A stretch of 63,619 nt of DNA, the filler included, from Octopus bimaculoides (lineage: Eukaryota), in NCBI RefSeq assembly GCF_001194135.2. It is 4 parts of 4 records of this genome, joined end to end, with 100 filler letters (N's around TTAATTAATTAA, not from the genome) between each part and the next. Parts side by side here need not be neighbours in the genome. Positions count along the whole stretch, not along the records: positions 29,723 to 54,706 come from NC_068995.1; positions 54,807 to 60,965 come from NC_068991.1; positions 61,066 to 63,619 come from NC_068988.1; 1 more part is not named here. One strand, 5' to 3'. Below, piece by piece: positions 54,126-63,619 of this stretch (position 1 is the first letter of the stretch; the number at the start of each line of letters is the position of its first letter). The position numbers were made by a program, and so were the translations under genes. The notes beneath the pieces were generated by a model. The model did not search any database and was not told where the DNA came from. It saw nothing but the letters and a program-made list of their open reading frames with translations.

Positions 54126-54806
54126 TCATTGATGAGAGCGTCTTTTATGTCCCTGGGAAGGAAAGACATGATTGTCACAACTACCCATTTCTTTCTGTTC
54201 CTTAAAACACAATGTGTAGTTCCAACTAAACAAAAAGAACTAGATGTGGCCATAGCCAGTTCACCTTTGATCGTGGGTCTTCTCGATCTGAGCTGACATG
54301 GGGCAAGCATCAACATCAACAACGATGAAACTTGATAGCTGTGTTTGTCCCTCCAACATCGCTTGACAACTGATGCTGATGTGTTTACGTCCCCGTAACT
54401 TAGCGGTTCGGCAAAAGAGAACGATAGAATGAATAAGTACTAGGCTTACAAAGAATAAGTCCTGGGTTCGATTTGCTCGATTAAAGGCGGTGCTCCAGTA
54501 TGGCCAGTCAAATGACTGAAACAAGTAAAAGAGTAACCATGACCATCTCTTCCTTATTCGGGCATTGCGCATCCGGGAGTACATTATCTAATATGTGTTT
54601 CTCTTTTTCAAAAGTTTATGATATAATCTATAATTTAAGGGAAACTTGGTTGCTATTTCTTGCAAAATAGGCGTCCTCGTAATGGTTCCCTCGTTGGCTC
54701 TTCGTTNNNNNNNNNNNNNNNNNNNNNNNNNNNNNNNNNNNNNNNNNNNNTTAATTAATTAANNNNNNNNNNNNNNNNNNNNNNNNNNNNNNNNNNNNNN
54801 NNNNNN

Positions 54807-54848
<42 letters not shown>

Positions 54849-54864
54849 CAACAACAATTATAAC

Positions 54865-54920
<56 letters not shown>

Positions 54921-57276
54921 TAATAATTAATTCGTTTATTGGCCACAAGGGCTTATCATGACGATTATGATTTTTATAATTATTACCAGTTGTTTTATTT
55001 CTTGTTCCTCTTGTTATTGTTGCTGTTGTTGTTGTAGGGGTGGGGGTGGATCTGGCTGCATCGGCGGCGGTGGCATTGGTGTTATAAATACTAAGAGCAC
55101 AGCGCAGGTAGTGGTAGTTGTACTGTAGTTTTCTGCAATTGTTCTGTGCTTGAAATTGCTGTTATTGTCCATGGAGCGATTTTATTTATGTATATGTTTA
55201 TTCATTTGTTTATTTTAGTTCCTGTAGCAGAGGAGGAGGTGTTAGGGGTAGAGCGAAAAAATGTCGAAAGGTGGGGCATGCCAGACCAAAGTTAGGCGTA
55301 AACAACAGCAAAGCGCCATCTGTCGAGTGAAGGCGACGCTCAAAAGTATTCAATAGCTATCGGCTTTGCTATTCGTCATTCCTGGTGCCAACAGCTGCAG
55401 AATCAGCAGCAGGAGCAGCAGCAGCAGCAGTAGTAGTAACAGCAGCAGCAGTAGCAGCATCAACAGCGTCGGCAGCGGGTGCAGCAACGGCACCGGCATC
55501 GACGTCAGTCGCAGAAAAATCAACATCAACAACAGCATCCACTACAAAATAACAATCACCACACACACACAAGCACAAACACACATATGCAGACACAACA
55601 ACAACAATAGCAACAACAAATGTAAGAGACAGAAATGCAGCCATAAAAGTAGCATGTAAACAAGTCCAGCAGCCAATGCGAGAATGATTATTGCCCATGT
55701 GACGCATCTTCAAATCGTTGCTCTCCCCACTCCTCAAAGTACATCCTCTTTAGTTTCACTTTTGTTTTTAATTTCACCTCTCATGCACTTTCCGCCATTC
55801 CCCCTTCCCCCTCCCTTACTCATTCTCTAGTTTCCCCTGTCTGTCTGGCTGGTTTTCAATCTGTTTGTCTATCTGTCTCTCTCTGTCTGTCACTCTCTCT
55901 TTCTCAGTCTGTTTCTCTATCTCTCTCTTTCTCTCCCCCTCTCTGTCCCTCTCTTTCGTTCTCTCATACATAGATCTCAAATCATCGGCTCATACACATC
56001 CACACGGCATATTAAACAAACACATACGCTTTTTCTTCCAGTTTTCTTTTTCTTCATTGCTTCAACACAAACCTATACACACACAAACAAACAAACACAC
56101 ACACAGACATTTATGATTATATACGCATATATACACGCACAAATACATACGTACAAGCACACACAAAACACACATACACAAACACAATCACACACACACT
56201 CACATATATACAGTGCGACACACATACACACATACAATCAAACACAGCCATCAATCTATCCATTCATCTATCCAACCATCGATCCATACGTAGATACATA
56301 CATGCATGCATAGATACATACATGCATGCATGCATACATACATACATACATACATACATACATTCACGCACAAGCCCCTACGGTTCTGTATCCTTTGCCC
56401 CTCACCATCCGATTGCCGTTTCGGCCAATTGAATTGTTTCAACAAACTTGTCAACATATAAATAATTTTCCTTGTTTTATTCTTTTTTATTTTTCAAAGT
56501 CTGTTTTTATCTTTGTTTTCTCTTTTCTCTCATTATTTTCTTTCTCTATTTTAAAAACAAAAAATACTTTTAGTTTTGTTTATATTTATTTTTTTATTGC
56601 TCTTTTGTTTTTAAAACTTACCCTACTACTAAGCTTGTTGTCTATCTGTCATCCGTCATTCATTCATACACTTACTCTATATCACTCTACTCTGTACTCC
56701 ACTCCACTCCACTCAACTCCACTCCACTCCACTCACGCAAACAACACTCAACTTGTCTCTCGATTTCACTAATCTGTCTGCCTGTCTGTTCATTGTCTCA
56801 TTGTCTTTTTTCTCACACAAGCAATAATTTCAATAACAACATACCAACCAGACAATTAGTCATCCTTAAAATAGTTTATGTTGTTGTTGTTAGTACGGTT
56901 CGTAATTTTGTTGTCTTTGTTATTGTAATTGTTTTTAATTGTCAAGGTCATCACTTTTTCTCTTGTGCTATGGCTTTTCAAATCTCAAAGTAAAAATTTA
57001 TTTTCCCTAAAATCAAAGGGGATGCCCTGTTGAGACACAAACAAAATGGTGCTCTTGTCTATCGCCTGCAATTGAAACACCACTCTGACTATTTCACTTG
57101 GGCGTAGTGCATCGTACTTCTAATGGTCTAGCTTCTTAATCATGCTTTTTCTTCCTTCCCTTCTTTATCTTCGCCGTCATTGTCATCATCATCGTAATCG
57201 TCGTTATCATCATCAGCAGCAGCAGTAGCAACAGCATCATCATCATCATCATCATCATCATCATATTCTTCTTCTT

Positions 57277-57378
<102 letters not shown>

Positions 57379-57602
57379 GAGTGAGAGAGTAGGGCATGCC
57401 ATCAAAAGTGACACTGGGGGTAAAATATACGAAACCCAGTATACACATCATGACCACCCGTCTGATAAGGGTACACCAGACACATACATCACAACCATAA
57501 GTACACGAGACAGTGATCTCATATCAAAATAAACAGCACATGACCTTGCAGGTTGGGCCCCAGTTAGAATTTTCTTTAGGTTGAGTAGCCCATCCTGCTC
57601 AA
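57379..57602 (-). mobile_element. Probable non-LTR element 3' end embedded in (ATT)n
   Basis: A 224-bp non-repetitive segment flanked directly by (ATT)n on both sides (57307-57378 and 57603-57652). Confidence 0.45.
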
Positions 57603-57654
<52 letters not shown>

Positions 57655-58079
57655 TTCTGTACGTTATCATTCTTAGAGAGTGAACAACAATAATTTTAAT
57701 TGAGGAAAAGAAAAAGAAAATCAATGTTACGAAAGTTTCGGTGAACGAACGCCATTTATTTCATATAACACACAAAGTTATGCAATTATATTTTGAGTAA
57801 CAATCAACTTATCAAATGACCTTGCAAATGTGAGAATTTTCCTCGCTTCATGCGCAGATAGACACAATCTAAAGGTTAATTTAACCTATCGGCCCTTTAT
57901 TTTATTATCCGTCTTGACTGGACTTCAGGCAATTAATCAAAATATTATTTCTCCTACGGTCCGAAACATCTTCCTCTCGACGACAACTCGGTCAGTTGGC
58001 AGACCACTTTGCTGATAATTCATTACAACCACAAACACACCGATAAACAGTATTTATTCTTAATATTTATATAATTTAA

Positions 58080-58295
58080 GGCGTTGAGCAGGCAGAATCT
58101 TGAGCACGCTGGGCAAAATGCGTTGCGGCATGTTCTTTTGTCTTTCAATTCTGAGTTCAAATTCGGCCGAGATCGTCCTTGCATTTCACCTTTTCGGGGT
58201 CGATAAAAAATTATCATTTGAGCATTGGTGTCAATGTAATCGACTTACCCGATCCCTGAAATTGCTGGCCTTGAGCCAAAATTTGAAATCAATAT
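58080..58295 (+). mobile_element. SINE family A copy
   Basis: GGCAGAATC head, CTGAGTTCAAATTCGGCC, CCTTTTCGGGGTCGATAAAA. Confidence 0.8.
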
Positions 58296-58623
58296 TTATA
58301 TGCATGCATGTATGTATGTATGTATGTATGTATGCATGAATGTATTATTTAATAATGCTGATCACCTTAATGTAAAGCGTAGCATTTACTTGCGGAAAGG
58401 TTTCTAAATATTTCGTAGAGTAAAAATTATTAAATAAAATCGGTTTGAGTGACACATCTAGCGTCGCCTTTTAACCTGTTATTCACTCATTGAGTTCATA
58501 AGCTGTTAAAGGCCAAACTTGAAATGCTAGTCAGATCAATATTTTCAATACATATGACTCTATCCGTGAGTATGTATATATACATACACATACGCATACA
58601 TATATAATATATATGTATTCGTG

Positions 58624-58677
<54 letters not shown>

Positions 58678-58837
58678 NNNNNNNNNNNNNNNNNNNNNNN
58701 NNNNNNNNNNNNNNNNNNNNNNNNNNNNNNNNNNNNNNNNNNNNNNNNNNNNNNNNNNNNNNNNNNNNNNNNNNNNNNNNNNNNNNNNNNNNNNNNNNNN
58801 NNNNNNNNNNNNNNNNNNNNNNNNNNNNNNNNNNNNN

Positions 58838-58906
<69 letters not shown>

Positions 58907-59399
58907 ATGTATGCATGTAATCGTATTTTTGTGCAATTTGTTTTTCTTTCAAACTATTCCTGTTTGTACAACTGTTTCGTGTTTTTTACAACATAAAATT
59001 TACAGTGCTTAATGTAACGGAAACTGGGTTATCCATCTTCCCTTTCATCTTACACAGCGATATGGAAGAATTCGCTCCCAAAATCACGAACCGTCAAACT
59101 GCAACATAAAATATTTAATCAGCTCTAATACATTACTACATCAGAATCACATGCGCTCATTAGTTTAACATACAATATTTTATTAGTTAGCATCCACTCC
59201 AACTATGCCATCAGCATGTGTTCTCATGAGTTACTTACTTGTCCGGTTTCTGGAAGGAAGAAAAGTAATATGTAGATGAAGCGGGTGGGGTGAACCGGAA
59301 AGGAATACTATTGCCCCAAGCGTGATTTGAACATTTGTATATTTTACGAACTATTACATAGACATACGTTTGGTATAGTTATTCAAATCAACCTAACTA

Positions 59400-59523
59400 A
59401 TGGCTGTGTGGTAAGTAGCTTGCTAACCAACCACATGGTTCCGGGTTCATTCCCACTCTATAGCCTCGGGCCGACCAAAGCCTTGTGAGTGGATTTGGTA
59501 GACAGAAACTGAAAGAAGCCTGT

Positions 59524-59584
<61 letters not shown>

Positions 59585-59794
59585 TTGTATGTCTGTGTTT
59601 GTCCCCCACCATCGATTGACAACCGATGGTGGTGTGTTTACGTCCCCGTAACTTAACGGTTCGGCAAAAAAAGAGACCCATATAATAAGTACTAAGCTTA
59701 CAAAGAATAAATCCTGGGGTCGATTTGCTCGACTAAAGGTGGTGCTCCAGCATGGCTGCAGTCAAATGACTGAAACAAGTAAAAGAATAAAAGA
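59400..59794 (+). mobile_element. SINE family B copy with an internal deletion
   Basis: Head and tail are present but the CCTTGGGCAAGTGTCTTCT segment is missing. Further tail-only copies lie at 33395-33600, 54340-54532 and 63395-63600. Confidence 0.88.
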
Positions 59795-59828
59795 GTATAC
59801 ATATATATATATATAAATTAATTAATAA

Positions 59829-60148
59829 TGAAGTACCAGCATGGTAAAGATAGCAGTCAAAACGACTCAAAACCAGTTTTCACTTTTACACAAGGACGAA
59901 ATCGAGGGAACAGGCAGTAAAATTTTAAGACCCGTAGCATAGACGAAAAGAATCGAAAATGAAAATTAGAAATACCCATATCAATAATTTCGAACTTTCT
60001 CAATGGCGACTTTGTTCTCGAGTAATACTGTCCATCGATTTCGCCCTTGTCACTAAGTAATACTGATTTTCGATTTCGCCTTTGTGTATAAGTGAAAACT
60101 GTGGTTTTGAGTCGCTTTGACTGCTATCTTTAGCATGCTGGTGCTTCA
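59829..60148. mobile_element. MITE-like non-autonomous element with ~77 bp terminal inverted repeats
   Basis: 59829-59905 (TGAAGTACCAGCATGGTAAAGATAGCAGTCAAAACGACTCAAAACC...) is the reverse complement of 60070-60148 with few mismatches. There is no ORF. Confidence 0.8.
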
Positions 60149-60799
60149 AGTAGTACCCCTCACTATTAATTGATAATTTTGCCTTTATGATTCTTTTACA
60201 CATGCTAGCCACTGATATTGTTGTAAATAATATATATATAATATATATATTCAAAGTCTTACAGCTGTTTCTGGGATATCTCAGAGTATGGGATGCTCCG
60301 TCATCGGAGACAAATAAGGAAAATCAGAAGGGTATAGATTAATGAAATGATAACATAGAGGAGAGGAGCAAAGAAATAAGGACATGAAGAAAGAGAAGAA
60401 AAAAAAGCATAAAAATTTACAGTTTAACTTTCTGATTTTGTAGAAATAAGCCCATAAGTCCCTAGGCGCAATTCTGCGTAAATCCATGTGGGTTAAAGTC
60501 CTGATATTGTAAATATTCAGAAAAAAGACACAGATATATCAACCTTCGAAACAGAATGGTAGTGGAGGTGGCTCTTAAGTGGTAAAAAGAAATAAAAGTA
60601 AATAAATAGAAAGGTATTTATTTACTTTTCTTTCTTGCAATGCTAAGTGTAACGCCCTACCACTAATGGCGGAAACAAGTAAAAGAAGATAAAAATGATA
60701 CATATAAATTAATTAAGTACCTTGATAATTGCTGCCTCGTGTCCTAGGACTGAAAGAGCCGGTTACCTGGACACTCTGAACGGGATTGCCAGTCTGTCG

Positions 60800-60925
60800 A
60801 AGGGCTGTTCATTGATAAATGAGTGGACTGAGGCAACATTAAATGAATACAACACACCGCCGTCTAAGGATCGAAAACACAATCTTGCTATCCGAAGTGT
60901 AACAGCTTACCACAAGGCCACATGC
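60800..60925 (-). mobile_element. Decayed tRNA-headed SINE (fourth family)
   Basis: Minus strand GCATGTGGCCTTGTGGTAAG...GTGTTTTCGATCC head. Confidence 0.55.
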
Positions 60926-61207
60926 ATTCACCATACACATGCATATATATATATATATATATATANNNNNNNNNNNNNNNNNNNNNNNNNNNNNNNNNNN
61001 NNNNNNNNNTTAATTAATTAANNNNNNNNNNNNNNNNNNNNNNNNNNNNNNNNNNNNNNNNNNNNCGAGTAAAAATAAATACAAAAAAGGTGGGGGTTTT
61101 TTGTATGATTGTGTATAGAGGAATATATTATTTTGCTTAAAAGAATTCCAACACTGTCTGTTTTTTATGTTTTATTTATATTCCTGTATATATATACTTA
61201 TACATAA

Positions 61208-63115
61208 ACATCATCATCACCATGCTAGCATGGGTTTGACTGAAGACTGGCAAACCAGATGGCTGCACCAGTCTCCAATCTGATCTGGCAGAGTTTCTAC
61301 ACCTGGATGACTTTTCTACCGCAAACCACTCCGAGAGTGTAGTGCGTGATTTTACGTGCCATTGGCACCGAAGCCAGACAGCTGCACTTGCAAAAATTAT
61401 GTTTTGACGGTGCTCTTAGCGCTCCACTGGCAAAGGTGCCAGTCACCGAATTTAGTTCAATCAGGATTTCGATTTCACTTGCCCCAACAAGCCTTCGCAA
61501 GCCGAGTTTAGTGTCCAATGAAGGAGAGTTTGGCATGGGTGCCAGTCGTCGAATTTGGTTCGATTTCGATTTCCATTGCCTCAACAGGTCTTCACAAGCA
61601 GAGTTTAGTGTCCAATGAAGGAAAGGTACACATAAGTGGGCTAGCTACACCCCTGGCAGAGGATTATGGTCTCATTAGCTTGCTGGGTCTTCTCACGCAC
61701 AGCATATTTCCAAAGGTCTCAGTCACAAGTCATTGCCTCGGCGAGGTCTAATGTTCAAAGGTCGTGCTTCACCACCTCATCTCAGGTATTCCTGGGTCTA
61801 CCTCTTCCGCAGCTTCCCTCAACTGCTTGGGTGTGGCCCTTTTTCACACACCTATCCTCATCCATTCTCGCCACATGACCATACCAGCACAATCGTCTCT
61901 CTTGCACACCACAACTGATGCTTTTTAGGTTCAGCTTTTCTCTCAAGGTACTTACACTCTGTCGAGTATGCACACTGACATTACAAATCCATCGGAGCAT
62001 ACTGGCTTCATTCCTTTTGAGCTAACGCATATCCTCTGCAATCACGGTCCATGTTTCACTGCCATGTAGCATGGCTGTTCGTACACTTGCATCATACAGT
62101 CTGCCTTTTACTCTGAGCGAGAGGCCCTTTGTCACCAGCAGAGATAAGAGCTCTCTGAACTTTGCCCAGGCTATTCTTATTCTAGCAGCTACACGTTCAG
62201 TGCACCCTCCTCCGCTACTAACTTGGTCACCTAGATAACGGAAGCTAACAACTACTTCTAGTTTTTCTCCCTGGTATGTGGCAGCAGGGGTTTGTGTTTT
62301 GTCTACCTTCCTATTTATTAGGACTTTGGTTTTAGCTAGGTTGACTCTAAGGCCCTTCGATTCTAAGCCTTGCTTCAACACCCGAAACTTCTCCTCTATT
62401 TCTGATAGTGACTCAGCAATTAGAACAAGGTCGTTAGCATAGAGGAGCTCCCAGGGGCAACCTGTCTTGAATTCCTCTGTTATTACCTGGAGGAGTATGG
62501 TAAATAGGAGGGGACTGAGGAATGAATCTTGGTGGACCCCTACCTCTACCCGGAATTCTTCACTGTACTCATTGCCAACCCTCACCTTACTGACAGCGTC
62601 CCTGTACATGGCTCGCACAGCTCTCACTAACCATTCTTCTATCCCTAGTTTCCTCATTGACCACCAGATAAGGGAACTGGAGACCATGTGAAAGGCTTTC
62701 TCCATGTCAACGAAAGCCAGGTACAGAGGTTTATCCTTGGCTAGGTATTTCTCCTGCAGCTGTCTTACCAGAAATATAGCATCAGTGGTGCTTTTCCCTA
62801 GAATGAACCCAAACTGCATCTCATATAAACTAACTCTCTCCCTAATTAGTTTGGGCTATGACCCTCTCCGTGACTTTCATTACATGATCCAACAACTTGA
62901 TACCTCTGTAATTATTTGTATCTAAAGCGTCACCTTTACCTTTGTAGCAGTTGACTATGGTGCTGCTACACCAGTCATTGGGTATGACTCCTTCGTGTAT
63001 CACCTTGTTAACTATATGGATGACTAGGCTATAGCCGACACTGCCAGATATTTTGAGCATCTCTGCAGTGAATCCTGATGGGCCGGGGGCTTTCCCTGTC
63101 TTCATACTCTTAATT
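61208..63115 (-). mobile_element. 5'-truncated, inactivated RTE-clade non-LTR retrotransposon (RT, C-terminus, 3'UTR, (GAT)n tail)
   Basis: Three frameshifted minus-strand ORF pieces (62842-63115, 62022-62819, 61782-62000) carry RT motifs: GKAPGPSG, NYRGIKLL, QFGF..GKSTTDAIF, AFVDMEKAF, GVHQDSFLSPLLF, LLYANDL, and the RTE-type C-terminal WYGHVARM...GRGRP. A CATCATCATCA tail lies at 61209-61219. Confidence 0.95.
62022..62819 (-). pseudogene. Reverse transcriptase pseudogene (core of the RTE LINE)
   Basis: 265-aa ORF with RT domains. The catalytic YADD reads YAND and GVHQGS reads GVHQDS, and frameshifts flank it on both sides. Confidence 0.92.
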
Positions 63116-63619
63116 GTATACATATTTATACATGTATGCCTATATATATATTTACATATATATACATGTATATATATATACGCACACAATATATATATAT
63201 GTATTTATACATATATGCATATATTTATACATATATGCATATATTTATACATATACATAAGTATATATATATATATATATAAATACATATATATATATAT
63301 GCATATATCCAATATATATTTGTATTTATACATATCTATATGTATATAAATATATATCTATATATATATATGTATATATACATATATATTCTTTTATTCT
63401 TTTATTCGTTTCAGTCATTTGACTGTGGCCATGCTGGAGCACTGTCTTTAGTCGAACAAATCAACCCCAGGACTTATTCTTTGTCAGCCTAGTGCGTATT
63501 CTATCAGTTTATTTTTCCAGACCGCTAAGTTATGGGGGCATAAACACACCAGCATCAGCTGTCAAGCGATATCGGGGGCACAAAACAGGCATACAAGCAT
63601 GTACATATATATATATATA

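Noticed and set aside
54751-54762. Perfectly repeated palindrome TTAATTAATTAA at three loci
   Set aside because: It is always centred in N padding and stops all six frames, so it is a scaffolding linker rather than biology.
60722-61021. 99-aa protein-like ORF
   Set aside because: It overlaps an antisense decayed SINE and runs into (TA)n and a gap.

Overview
This is eukaryotic, AT-rich draft-assembly DNA dominated by repeats. It contains dozens of (CATA)n, (CA)n, (GA)n, (TA)n and (ATT)n microsatellites, many N gaps and three artificial TTAATTAATTAA contig linkers. The repeat spectrum (very dense tRNA-headed SINEs plus compound microsatellites) looks like an Octopus genome; that is inference from recognition, not a search. 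No complete host protein-coding gene, prokaryotic system or CRISPR array can be supported, and almost all ORF-track entries are microsatellite or N-run artefacts. The recognisable coding remnants are all transposon-derived: a 5'-truncated RTE-clade LINE (61208-63115, minus), several fragments of an R4/Dong-like restriction-like-endonuclease LINE, two maT/mariner 3' ends, a decayed Tigger N-terminus and a Penelope-like remnant carrying a degenerate hammerhead ribozyme. At least four SINE families, a ~320 bp MITE-like element, several cryptic minisatellites, three promoter-like motif clusters and some isolated micro-exon candidates are also present. The most notable observation is that all five visible 5' junctions of the R4/Dong-like LINE abut (CATA)n, which suggests microsatellite-targeted insertion.
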